A DNA stretch of 62,869 bases, filler included, from Lenisia limosa (GCA_001655205.1; 11 parts of 11 records of this genome joined end to end with filler, not necessarily neighbours in it); one strand, 5' to 3'. Numbered from the whole stretch's first letter, positions 48,914 through 61,300 are shown. Numbers and translations are program-made. The notes: a model not told the origin generated them from the letters alone.

Positions 48914-51006
48914 AGACTTGAAGCCGAATCCCGTCTTGACGCTCGAGTTGACGAGGTCACGGGTCTGATGGAGGCAAAACTTTCCAAAATCGTCAGTGAT
49001 TCTCAGCGGGCCTGGACCACTGATCATGATACTAAAAACGAGATCCTTAAGCAGGTTCGAGGGGGGGGGGGGATGTNNNNNNNNNNNNNNNNNNNNNNNN
49101 NNNNNNNNNNNNNNNNNNNNNNNNNNNNNNNNNNNNNNNNNNNNNNNNNNNNNNNNNNNNNNNNNNNNNNNNNNNNNNNNNNNNNNNNNNNNNNNNNNNN
49201 NNNNGTTTTGTTTTTGTTGTTGCTTATGTTTTGTTTTTTATGTTAGTATGCCTGTTTTATTCCCTATGAGATCCTTAAACAGGTTGGTATTGTTATTTCT
49301 TTGGTTTCCATCACACACACACACACACCAAAAAACAATATCAATTTCCGTAATCTTCTACCCCATTAGGACATCTTGCAGCAAGTGGAGACGGACGTGA
49401 GTGAACTCCTGACCCAGAGCCGACTTGAAGACTCTGAACGCCTCGAGGCCAGGTACGCGGCGGTATAATCTAATCTACTCGCAACACATATCGATATGTA
49501 CATACACTCACACACTCACCAGTGACCGGGATAAATCTGACCGATTTGCAAGACGATTTCGGTCACTGCTGATATCATAGTATTTGTATATATACATACT
49601 ATGATGCGGGGTAAATGATTGGGTGACTTAATATAATACTATATTCAATATCTCTTATCAGCGTGATAGTGTGGACGGCTTCGGCCAGATNNNNNNNNNN
49701 NNNNNNNNNNNNNNNNNNNNNNNNNNNNNNNNNNNNNNNNNNNNNNNNNNNNNNNNNNNNNNNNNNNNNNNNNNNNNNNNNNNNNNNNNNNNNNNNNNNN
49801 NNNNNNNNNNNNNNNNNNNNNNGCTCCTCAAATCGTTGAAAGTAAGTTCAACTCCCTCTCGCCCCAGCCAATTAAAGGAGAACTTTCTCACACACTCGCT
49901 CATACCTCGCAGTTTCAATTACCCTTTTCGCTCTGCTCACCTCAAATCATTACAAGTTCAATGACCAGGATAAGTCTTGACCGATATTCTCTATGATGAT
50001 TTTGCAAGGAAAATAGGTCAAGACTTATCCCGGCCAGTGTATGTTCAACTTCCCCCGCCCCCCGAGAGCACACACACCCTCAATTACCAACAGAGTTGAT
50101 TCTGGGGGTTTTTTGTTTGTTTGTTTAATATTTTCCGTTTTTACTCCCCCAGTTCCCACCACCACTGCATCCACAGTTCCGTCTCTGGTGTCACCGCCAC
50201 CGCCAGTACCGAAAAATGCCTCCAACGAGAACATTCAGGCGCTTCGCCAGCTCCAGGATCGAATCACGCTTGTTGAGAGAAGCACCAGAGGTTGGTAAAT
50301 GTAACTTTCCAGTAAATCTCTTCAAATTACTCAAATGTAACGTCGAAGTGAATTCTCCTATTTTAACCTTGCAGACGAACTCGCCGATTGGACCACTCGC
50401 TGGGAGTCTGAGGCTCGTAGGACGGGGGGGATAAGTACTATGGTGCATCGACTTGCGATTAAAATGAAGCTTTTGGGAATATCTTTAGATGACGTATAAT
50501 ATTATGAATATCTTTAGATTTCCGTATAATTGTAAGGACACCCCCCCCCCTCGCTGTATCCCTAGTGTTTCTGCAGTAGGGCTATATCCTCGAATACCCT
50601 GATTCGACTCATCAATAATAAAAAAATAAGTGAGGATCTTGATCCGTGCAGACCCTGGGGATCTGACATGCCCGGTCTACAACCAGGGCTGTTGGAGTTA
50701 TTTTTTTGAAGAAATTGTCAAAAATTGAAAAAAATTATTGTCTCAAATTGAGTTAACGTTGCAATGTGTCGCTTCAAATTTTCAAAAAAAAGCAATTCAT
50801 CAGACGAACACCTACAGTTAACATAACCGTAGCGCTTTTAGGTTCGAAAAAGACTGAATTTCCCAATAAATCATCGAAAATCATCTATATTTTTCCGGTA
50901 TTTTTCGAACCAATGTGAAGCCCTACACATAACCCCCTTTAGACCGAAGAGAACAAATGGAAATGTCCCTTGTCGTCATTGAAAACGACCTTACTAAGTC
51001 GAAAAT
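48914..51006 (+). CDS. Coiled-coil protein, internal fragment
   Basis: RLEAESRLDARVDEVTGLMEAKLSKIV...EILKQ|DILQQVETDVSELL...ERLEAR; NENIQALRQLQDRITLVERSTR|DELADWTTRWESEA; REQMEMSLVVIENDL. Confidence 0.55.
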
Positions 51007-51717
51007 NNNNNNNNNNNNNNNNNNNNNNNNNNNNNNNNNNNNNNNNNNNNTTAATTAATTAANNNNNNNNNNNNNNNNNNNNNNNNNNNNNNNNNNNNNN
51101 NNNNNNGCGGAGTGACTGTCAATTGGTTGGAACGCTGTAAAACTAGTTCACGTCTCTGGGTCAGGTGGAAGTTGGTTTGGAACAGAGATTGACTGAAGAG
51201 CTAACAAGATCCAAATAACAGAAACTTTAAATCCAAAATTCAATCTACGATCCATCATATTTTGATCCACATTGCTGGTCCAAATGGCGTAAACCTGCCA
51301 TGGCATATTGTCAAGGGTCGGCTTCAGCACTGCAAAGGTTACCGGTGCAAAAGGGTGGGTTTAAAGAGGTGAACCAATTTGAACTGAAATGAACTGGACC
51401 TAACGGTCAGGCTATTTTGACTAACTGTCGTTGAAACGAACTAAGGTCAATATACTGCTGATTGTTGCAAGCTGTAATGGGACTGACCTAGTCCCCTGCA
51501 AAGTTAATATACGCAGGCGTTTGAATAACGTGAGAAATTCACAAGGGGAATTGTAACTGTTGGGGTACANNNNNNNNNNNNNNNNNNNNNNNNNNNNNNN
51601 NNNNNNNNNNNNNNNNNNNNNNNNNNNNNNNNNNNNNNNNNNNNNNNNNNNNNNNNNNNNNNNNNNNNNNNNNNNNNNNNNTAGAAGTACTCTGCATATT
51701 TACACCTTTACTATACA

Positions 51718-52508
51718 CTATGCAACAAGTCCTGCAGGGCCGGTGGTGGTAACAGATGGAAGCGGGTTAAAGGCAACTTCTGACAACGGAATTCCAAATT
51801 CAGTAAGTTTGGCTTCAAATGTTCGAACAGCATCATTATGTTGCTAGAGATTTGAGTTTCTGAAGATGTTTTGAAAAAAGGGAGATAATATAATTCAGAC
51901 AACACCTCACCTTGGTTGCCTTATGAACCTCATAAGTAAGGTCTCTAATTTGAGCATTCTTCGCTGCAAGAATTCCATCAAGCTTGGTGGTTACCTAAAT
52001 TGTTATAAGTGTAGATTTGAAGAGTCAAAGAAAATCCATCTCAGCCCGCCTGCCTGTCCAAGAGCCTGGGGATCCAAATTGGCAGCTGCCAAAACTTCCT
52101 CCAAATGGGCCTCCTTTTTCTCAAGGTCTTCAGATAACGCTGCAGCCTTTTTCTCCAAAAGCGCAGTCTAAAAATCGTGAGATGAGGTTACATAGTCGGA
52201 AAACTACTCATAATTAGGAAGTCCCCCCTCCCCACCTTCAGCCCGGTCTTTTGACGAACATTCAAAACAGCTTCCTCAAATTTGTTGTAAAGATCATCTC
52301 TTTCGGCCTCAACCTTGAAAACGTGACAGGCTGAAATAAAACGAGAGAATCAAATCGAGTGGCGCCAAAACTCAAAATAAAAGAACAGAGCAAACCTTTG
52401 CAAATCTCTGGAGAGAAACTTCGTGCTCCCACTCCAGTCCAAGATTGGCTTCTTCCAACGCCTTGTTCCTTGCCTTTGTGTGCGCTAATGTCATCTTGTC
52501 CTGGGGGA
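51718..52508 (-). CDS. GAS8: Dynein regulatory complex subunit 4 (GAS8), C-terminal exons
   Basis: LQRFAK|VEAERDDLYNKFEEAVLNVRQKTGLK|TALLEKK...KKEAHLEEVLAAANLDPQALGQ|VTTKLDGILAAKNAQIRDLTYEVHKATK|QHNDAVRTFEAKLTEFGIP...AGLVA*. Colinear with the GAS8 C-terminus. Confidence 0.93.
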
Positions 52509-52762
52509 NNNNNNNNNNNNNNNNNNNNNNNNNNNNNNNNNNNNNNNNNNNNTTAATTAATTAANNNNNNNNNNNNNNNNNNNNNNNNNNNNNNNNNNNN
52601 NNNNNNNNTACACAGCCACCCGCCCCCCTACATGCATGTTATTACACAGCCACCCGTCACCCTACATGCATGTTATGGACCAGCTGCGATGCCAATTGTT
52701 CAGATCTGCACAGGTCTGGAGAGTGTCAATTTATGACAAACAGAGAACGAATTGCAAAAGAC

Positions 52763-55700
52763 CCCACCTGAGTTGTCAAAGTTGATCTTTTCCATTTTAG
52801 TCCATTCGGTCCAGAGACGCTCTGTGATGTCAGTATTTATGCACTATCAGACAGGTTGACTCCCCCCCCCCCCCNNNNNNNNNNNNNNNNNNNNNNNNNN
52901 NNNNNNNNNNNNNNNNNNNNNNNNNNNNNNNNNNNNNNNNNNNNNNNNNNNNNNNNNNNNNNNNNNNNNNNNNNNNNNNNNNNNNNNNNNNNNNNTGAGA
53001 CGGTCAGGGGACTAACAAACGATAAAATTGTGTTCGAGGAAGTAAATCACCCCATCCACCCTTGCCATCCTCAGTCAGGTCCACTTGGATGTGGAAGGTC
53101 GCAAAGTCAAAGTTTGTACGGCCACCTGCGGTGAGACTTGAACTCCAGCCTGAGGGGTGGAGGGGTGTAAATTTGGAAAATGCAAGAGATATCAAATTGA
53201 ATTATAATGCAAGAAAAACACTTCATCCACAACAGCATTGAGGGCATGGTGAATGACCATAGCAGAGCACACTCTTTTCCTTGAGATAGGCCAGAATAGA
53301 TCCCTCAGCTTCATGGCCAATTAAACTGAAGAGTCAAGGGAATATGATATCTCTGCAGGTACATGAAAGGCAAAATAATTGGATTATTTCAAAGCCACTA
53401 AACAAAGGAAAACATAACAGAGAAACTATTCCCCAATTATTTAAAAATCCGTGCGCAACACCTCCTGTATTACACTGCCTTTGCACCTTTAAGGTAGGTT
53501 TAAATTGAATCCCACTTATTTGCGCGAGGAAATGAAGAGCAAACAACAGCAATTGAAAAGATAAAACAGGAAGAAATAAGCCCATCCCTCCAACTGAGAA
53601 AAGAACTGGCTCGGGTTGGTTTTGTATGCTGTGCAGTGAGGAGGAGTGACAAAGACCAGGTCTATCGCACGCGTGTCTATAACAGGAATGGCAGTGTAAC
53701 GCTTCTGAAAATGTCAGGTCGCTCTGATAAGACATGCTTGAGCAGCCCAATAGATTAATTATGCTAAACGAGTAAATCATAAAAACTGCATGACAACGTT
53801 CAAAACAAAGAAAGCCCCACTCTGAAGGAATCGTCAGTGTACACAAGGGGGTCAATTGTCGGTCGTGAAGAGACCCTGTTCGGGATTGACGAGAAACACT
53901 CAATAGCAATAGCCCGCAGCTCTTCAATGGACTCTGCATTGTTGGATCCAAGCATACCCATAGAAAAGGAGCCCTTCCAAACATACTTCATATAGTATAT
54001 AGCTCTTGTTGTTTTTAATAATGAAGCTTTGTTTCAATTACATATTATAGCATTCTCAAGAAAAAACCTCAAAACCCTGTCTTCTTCAGAGCTATGTTCA
54101 TTAATACCCCTCACGAGGTCCGACCAAACACAGTGTCATGCGATTCGAGACATAGTGTTGCGCATGGAAGTCTAAAAGAGCCTTACGTACGTCCACTCCT
54201 GGCTCATAAGACGAAAAAAGAGCAATTAAGCGATAGTGGGATGGAACCGCCGTAATAGGTCGTGATCACTAAAATCGCCAGAGTATCAATCATTACTTTG
54301 TATAATACTAGTCCAACCTCACCCTTTCTCTCAGGGTTAGCCTTGAGCGTGTTCAAGTTGCCTAAGGTGTAAGAATAAGCGAGATGGAATAAAACTATAA
54401 AATGGAATGTTAAAAAAGAAGGATATCTCAGCTCTTGGTACTACCAGGGACAAGCATACCAACAAAGAACTTAGATGCGGGGTGGTTCTGGTCCATGATA
54501 GCTCGACTAACGCTGTTGGACCTGAAGCCGTCGGACTGCAGAGCCTTGCGGTACTCTAATAAGGGTCATAAGCTTGAATACCCTCGCCAATCCCCTTATT
54601 ACGGTTACTTACTCTCGATAATCGATATTTTTGCCTCTTTTGTTTGACCAAAGTGAAGCCTTAACTATCATTGACCCACCATCATCAACAGCATGAAGCC
54701 TTAATTATCACTGACCCACCATCATCAACAGCATGGAGTTCTCGTTCTGTTGCTGATTCGGACATTAGAGGGGCAATGAAGAACTGAGCAAATCTACCAA
54801 AGTAAGGAAGAGGTACAGTAATGGGACAAAATGTAAACAATTTTACTTATTATACTCTTCAGTATATACCTGTCAGCAGCCTGGGCAAGAAAAGGAGCCA
54901 GTACGTTGAAGTGGTAAGAGGTTTCTTCAACTGCCCAGTTAAATGAGTACCATTTTTGGTTCCGTTTGGTAACTTAGAACCAGACTTACTCAGAACAGAA
55001 TATACGATACCACAGAAACTAACAAGGACGCATCCAAGAGAAACAGTGTCAAAAGCCCCTCACAGGAAGTGTAGGCGTTAGCACCACCACCATGATTGGA
55101 GAGAAACTCGTGGTATTCATTCTCCTTTGGGTACTTCTCTGTTCCAAGGAAAAGCATGTGCTGGGGGAGGGGTGAGATGACAATAGCAATCACACAGGGG
55201 GATTGAGCCTGTAAAATAACATCAAGCCCAGGTAAGTCAATGATGTTGCCTCCAACGTAACAAAAACTAAAAGCTCACATCACAGTATTAAACACAGCCA
55301 GCAATTCAGGTGTATTGGGTAAACTCACCTCCAGGAAGTGAGGCAACCCTTCAAGTCCTAAATTGTCACTATTGTATCAAAATCAGCAAAGGCAATCACT
55401 CTACTGACAAGATAAATATTCGCAAAGTGACAACAGCCTGTACCTTCGGGGGAGTGAAAATGCCCAACATCAACATTCAACGCTGCCGCACCCTGAACAG
55501 TGAGTTTTGGGGAAGTTCACAATCCTTCAAGCGTGAAATGTGAGGATTGGGGAAATACAATCAAACAAAAACAAGATCATTCAAGAGACCCATAACATGA
55601 AAAGCAAAATCCTTTCTACTAGAAGGACCGTCACTTTGTCTTCACTATCCAAGTAGAGGGCCCCATACCAGCTCGGCATCCGGGTCGCGGACAAGGGTGC

Positions 55701-56098
55701 ACTTCAGGCCATTTTCAAGCTCAAAATACGCAAAGTCGCGCGTGTCGTAGAGCGGCTTGATTGGGAAGAGTAGATCCTCTGGTCCCTAAAACTGGGGTAA
55801 TTGCTCTTGAATAATGTGGAAATGACATGAGTCTAATGGCGTTGGTAGACATTATCCAAGCTATGTAGACTTCTCTCTTCAAACAAACAAACAGGGCCTC
55901 AATGCGCTCTGTCAATACCAGAAGGTTTTCGGGAATGGACTGAATTGCAGAAAAAAAGCCCTTGGGATCGACAAATAAGGTGCTTTAAATAAGAGGAGGG
56001 GATACCAAAAAAACTCTGATGATATCCATCCAAAGGGAAGCGCATGAAACTCCCAAACCCACACATACATTATCGCTTGGCGCTGTCATTTGGGTCAT
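52763..56098 (-). CDS. IDE: Insulin-degrading enzyme / pitrilysin (peptidase M16A), N-terminal half
   Basis: [34 protein letters not shown]|LEGLPHFLE|[16 protein letters not shown] (inverted zinc motif HxxEH), FAQFFIAPL...[46 protein letters not shown]. Confidence 0.93.
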
Positions 56099-56408
56099 AA
56101 GCAGCAAGTTGGAGGAAATAAGAGCCCCAAATAGAACGAAAAAGGAAGCAAACAATGATGCTTGATATTCTGCCAGATTGGTATTTCGTGAAGCTTTCGT
56201 TTTTTTCCCGTTTGTTTACGTTTCGTTTGTGGTTGATTAATTTTTGATAAGCCGTAGATTATAAATACCCCAGGTTTAGCTTCTTCACCAAAAAATCCGT
56301 TCTCATCGCCCTCTTTTACGTTGTTTAATTGCATTATTACATTTAATTGTATATTAATATAAGTTCAAATAAAATCCAAGATGAACAAACCAATGGATAA
56401 TCAACAAA

Positions 56409-58119
56409 ATGTCTTCAAAAACGTTTGCTCCCCTTTCTACTATTTGGAGTCTTATTATTTTAGTATATGTGGGATAGTGAGAGGCCCCAAGGCGAAAAAA
56501 CCGAGTGGGAAGACATTCTTGTCAAGCATGGCATCAGAGACTCCACTCGCGAAATTGTAAGCATTCGTTTTGGTTATCTTGAAATAAAATATACATGTAA
56601 ATTAGTGTAAAAAGCTAAGAAGCTCACCCCCCTCAGCTGACTGAAGATCAAAAGGAGCTGATCGGAGAGATGATGGACGAAGCCGTTTTCCGCGGAACTG
56701 AAGAAGGACAGAGACAGACTGTGTTTGTTGGGGAGCTTGGAACCCATGTTTGAATGGCCGCTCTCAAATGTTAATGTGGCATAATATATTGTATATTGAC
56801 CATTCCTCCAACCGTTCACCTTGCACTATTGAAGTTTCCTTCATTACTCTGCCAGTTACGAGAAGGGTACGCTCGAGGAAATTGATGAGCTTGAGGATGA
56901 TGATGATGAGGCTGTTTTCGAACAATTCAGGTAAGGTAGCCTTTTCTGTGAATCATCTCTCAATCATACTGTTGCAGCATTATCACCCGTTTTGTACCCT
57001 AAGCTGACGCCTTAGGGCCCAGAGAGTTCTGCAGCTCCAAGCCCAGGCTGCAAGGGAGCGTTATGGTTGGGTGCATTGCTTTCTTGAGTTAATGATCTTT
57101 TTTGGACCGTAGTCATTAGAATCTGTTTCTTCCTTACCCCGCGCAGGAACTGTTCGTCAGATTTCTGAGCCTGAATTTGTTTCAGAAGTTGCTAAGGCTG
57201 CAGACTGCTGGGTTGTTTGTCTTTTGTTTAAGGACGGGTAAGCGGTGGTGGCCTGAATTGCTTTTTTGTGTTATTGTTTCTTCCAGCGTTTAATAAATTC
57301 CGACAGAGTTGGTGTTTTATTATCCATTTCAGTGTTATGGATTGCGACATTATCAATGCGCGGTTCCAATTTCTTGCTAAGAAGGTTTGGGGCTGTGAGA
57401 TTGGGGATATGGCCCAAATTTGAGTTTGCTTCGCGTTACCCTTTTATACTGATTTTGCAAAACCGGGCTTGGGCACTTCATTTCGGATAATATTTGTTAG
57501 CCATATAATCCTGCTGGAGCACTTGCCCCAATAGAGTTATTGTGGATTTGCCTGCTTTCACCTCCTAGTTCAAGGCAACTAAGTTCGTGAAAATTATCTC
57601 GAACGAGTGCATCCACAACTACCCCGACCGAAACCTCCCAACCGTTCTCATCTATCACGACGGCAAAATGAAGGCCCAGCTGGTCGGCATGAGCCAGCTG
57701 GGCGGCAAGTCCCCCAGTGTCTTGGGTGGGGGGCTTAACCACTGAGCCGCAAATCTACAATTTTGGTTTTGGTAAAAAAAAGCAAAACAATTTTAGACAA
57801 GTGCTCACAGTCCGAGGTTTCATTTTGGTTTTCTGCTATCAAAAAGGATTCGTATGCAATGCCTCCTGCTGTAGTATAACCAAGGGAGCCCCTCTTTTAA
57901 CGTTGTAGATGTGGAGTGGGTGTTGAAGCGTCATGGAGCGGTTGAGAGTAATCTTGAGCATGACCCGAAGGTATGCTGCTTATGGCTGTTGATTGCTGTC
58001 CATTACGTTTATGATTGTTAAATCCCTTCCAATTCTCACGAATTTAGGGCGCAACAACAGTGAGGAGAGGATTCAAGCTTGACAAGAATAAGTCTGAGTG
58101 GGACTCAGACTCAGACTAA
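56409..58119 (+). CDS. PDCL3: Phosducin-like protein 2/3 (PhLP2, CCT co-chaperone)
   Basis: KTEWEDILVKHGI; TLEEIDELEDDDDEAVFEQFR; RYGTVRQISEPEFVSEV; FKATKFVKI...CIHNYPDRNLPTVLIY; VEWVLKRHGAVESNLEHDP; acidic end DSDSD*. Confidence 0.92.
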
Positions 58120-58324
58120 CTGCCCTCTCCGCTTGTACAATAGTAAATATATCCATGGTCTTTCTAGGAAAGGGCTGCGGATAACAGAGAGAGAGAGAGT
58201 TGTCAGTAAAAAGCTACTATAAAGACAAAGATTCTAATCAAATCAATATTATCACAAAGTGACAATCTGGTCACATCCTAAAACTATTTTGCATATCAAT
58301 GTAATAAATGTAATAAGGAGTAGA

Positions 58325-61300
58325 TTAGTTGAGGAGAGAGGGCTCATAGTTGGCGGGGGCCTCGAAACCGAGAAGGTTCATGAAAGTGGCGGNNNNNNNN
58401 NNNNNNNNNNNNNNNNNNNNNNNNNNNNNNNNNNNNNNNNNNNNNNNNNNNNNGCCAGGCCGGCAGAGGGAAGGTCTTCGCGGAGGCTGAAGGATGAGGG
58501 ATAGTATTCAAAAGGTTGGTGGTGGCAATCAAAGGTGCCTAAACGGCTTACGACGCGGTTGCCGGAACCGAGGGACCTCCGATGATGCATGGGACGGGCG
58601 AGAGGGTGTGCGAGGTGCAGGGCACGGGAGTACCGTCAGGGTTGAAGGTGGGCTTGCCCTGGCGGATCAGTGACAGTTACAAAGATACAAAAACTGAAAT
58701 TTTTTCAAACCTTCTTCTTAATGACCATTTCGTCGGCATTGCCGTGGTCTGCGCAAATCACAAACGCTCCTCCGGCCTGGAATGTTATATCGAATTATGG
58801 CCATGGCTTGATTCGCCATTCAAAGTGCAAACCTTGTTAACGGCTTCCACAACACGTGACATGGCTTTGTCAGTCGCTTCAACAGCACGCACAGTGGCCT
58901 TCATGTCGCCTGAATACTGTGAGTTTGACTCATACAGCGTTTTTTTTTAGTTGGAATGCTATTCCGAGAAACTGGGCTGGTATGCCGGCCAGACCCCCCC
59001 ACCAGTATGTCCGACCATATCGGGACCTGGGAAGTTGAGGCGAATGAAGTCATATTTGCCTGACTCGATAGTCGCAACAGTCATGTCAGCAATCTCCTTG
59101 GCCTTCATCTCAGGCTTCTCGTTGAAGATCACCTGTAATGTCAATGCTGACGCATGGGGCAAAAGGATATCATGGGGAAACAATGACCGACCTTGTCGGA
59201 GGGAATTTCAACGTACTCTTCCAATGACTCGTTGAAATAACCAGAACTGTGGAGTGAGCACTTACAAAAGCTTAACCACAACAAAAAGTCATTTAAAAAG
59301 ACAGTCGTATTCTGGAAAAAGAAATGAAAAGCAAATCAATATTGGGTGTTGATTTAACTTGAACACTTGTATCCTGTTGTTAATCCCACCGATTGCCGGC
59401 GAAGAAGTAGGTAACATGGCCATACTTCTGGGTCTCGGACACGGCATAGCACTTGACATCATTTTTAACCTGAAAAGTCAGAATCCAGGGAACGTACAAA
59501 AAAAAGACAGGGTCTTAGAAAATTTTTAAATAATTCGCAACTTATAGAGGCCGGGAGAATGAAACAAATGCCCCACAAGGTACTCTCCAGAAGTTTTCTC
59601 GATAGCTGGGGGGTTGACCAGGGTGTGAGCGGGGAGGTTGAGGTCTCCGTCGTAGGTCATGATTCCAGCATAGTGGATCTGTGCTGTCATTTCCGTACCA
59701 CGTTGCAAAAAGATAGGTTGGTCAGCCCCCCCCCCCNNNNNNNNNNNNNNNNNNNNNNNNNNNNNNNNNNNNNNNNNNNNNNNNNNNGAGCCATGGCCAA
59801 TTCAACCATGCTGTAAAATGTAAAGGGAAAAAATAAAAACAAACCATCAAACAATAAGTAAAACATCCCCCCCACCGGTCACCACGGAAGTTGAAGGTCA
59901 GAACAGAGTCGCCATCAACAATCGGTCCGACGGCCTTGTTATCCGAGCCGACGACGGTGAAACTTGGAAGAAATTGGTCCGAGACATTGGGGTCCGCAAT
60001 CCTGGGGGTGAAAAATAAAACAATAAAAAGAATTGATTGGAAAGAAAAAAAAAAGCTAGCTTTGAAAAAATAACATGACTCTCATCATCAAGGGTATAAT
60101 CATAAGAGTGATAGGAATTTTTAAAACCCTTACCTGGCGGATTTGAGAGCCTCCTCAGCTGAGTTGAAGGGGGTGGCCTTGCCTAAATCGTAAATCTGCT
60201 GGCTAACTGATAAATCCCATAAACACAACCACCTACCAAGAACATGGGCTTCCCATCCACGCTTCACAATATTCCAGTCAGCCCTAAGGAATAAGCTTAA
60301 AAATGTTGAAATGTGATTCAGTTACATTCAAAAAGCCGCCCACATGTATCTGTCCATGCTGGTGATCATTCGACCGCCGCCAGAAGCGACCAACACGTCA
60401 CCGCCATCTTGATTGAGCTCAGTGCAGATCTAGGACATCAACAAAGCCTAGAATTCTCATTTCTAACAATACTCAAAATGACCCATCAACACGAGCCCCA
60501 AAATGGGTGGCTTCACCTTTTCAAGCTGGGCAAGATAGTCGACAGAAGAGCCGTCAGGAACATCACGGCCGTCAAAGAGCACGTGCATGCGAACGCTGGC
60601 GCCTTCCTTGGCGGCAGCGCGAATCATGGCTTCCATCTGGGGTGGGGGGTGAACAATAAGAAATATCTGGCCGAAGATGTCCACACCATCACGCTTAAAA
60701 GGATATTGATTAATCCACCTCATCATTTGTCCTCCTCAAGGTAATAGGGAAAACAACCAGGTCAAGCCAGTACATCATACTAAATACATAATATGCCATA
60801 TCATAGTGTATATCTATATATATGATCTCTGATATGCTGACAACGGACAATTTTATGTTTAAAACAAATGACATCAGCCCCCATACTCTTGATAGCGCAA
60901 AGACCCACCCCCATACCTGGTCAAACCTGGAATGTACACCTCCGTCAGAAAGCAGTCCGATCATGTGCAGCTTTCCAGTGCGGCCGTTCGTGCAGTTCTC
61001 CTGGGGGGGGGGGNNNNNNNNNNNNNNNNNNNNNNNNNNNNNNNNNNNNNNNNNNNNNNNNNNNNNNNNNNNNNNNNNNNNNNNNNNNNNNNNNNNNNNN
61101 AAATGGGATTCTATCAGGAGACATTCGGGGTGCTGAATTTGGTGGCGTAAAAAAATCAAGAACCGCCTCCCAACCATGATGTACTTCCAGCTCTCAGACT
61201 TGAACATCTCGCCGGTTTGGAGGGCATTATCAACAAGACTGGCGCCTTGCATGACAACCTAAATATGGTGTAAGAATGGCAGAATTCCTGAAATACAATG

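Larger units (their letters stand above)
3846..50039. mobile_element. MITE family B (~78 bp, TIR CAGTGACCGGGATAAGTCTTGAC, TA-flanked; Tc1/mariner-like), ~11 copies; span given first to last
   Basis: Copies at about 3846-3920, 6684-6752, 15047-15121, 28900-28977, 37300-37364, 39888-39964, 40135-40166 (partial), 45927-46005, 48766-48841, 49520-49568, 49959-50039. Shared core ttccttggg/cccaaggaaaat; TA on both sides at 3846 and 28900. Confidence 0.85.
1753..50152. repeat. Intronic repeat family C (GGGCTTTGTTTG...CAGCCAACAGAGTTGATTTTGGG...TTTAC(T)CCCC), sense-oriented at intron 3' ends; span given first to last
   Basis: Copies at 1753-1830(-, diverged), 3027-3130(-), 8170-8283(+), 8671-8737(+), 19793-19904(+), 20179-20278(+, truncated), 32414-32492(+), 42436-42499(-), 44060-44151(-), 46043-46145(+), 48292-48395(+), 50088-50152(+). 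Confidence 0.85.
9947..52564. other. Artificial contig spacers N-TTAATTAATTAA-N (10 copies)
   Basis: At 9947, 21969, 24001, 27255, 40935, 42754, 45196, 48701, 51051 and 52553; always embedded in N runs; gives stops in all six frames. Confidence 0.95.
1159..54661. mobile_element. MITE family A (~90 bp, TIR GGGCTTCACTTCGGTT, usually TA-flanked), ~13 copies; span given first to last
   Basis: Copies at about 1159-1250, 1940-2032, 2503-2588, 8857-8951, 19480-19573, 31364-31455, 32914-32995, 37724-37777 (internally deleted), 39570 (partial), 41362-41453, 45710-45796, 50831-50923, 54573-54661. Shared core tcgataaatcctcgaaaactatcgatatttt; both orientations. Confidence 0.85.

Noticed and set aside
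1159-54661. CRISPR-like or REP-like array from recurring palindromes
   Set aside because: Copies are dispersed in eukaryotic introns with TA flanks and no regular spacers or cas genes; MITEs explain them.
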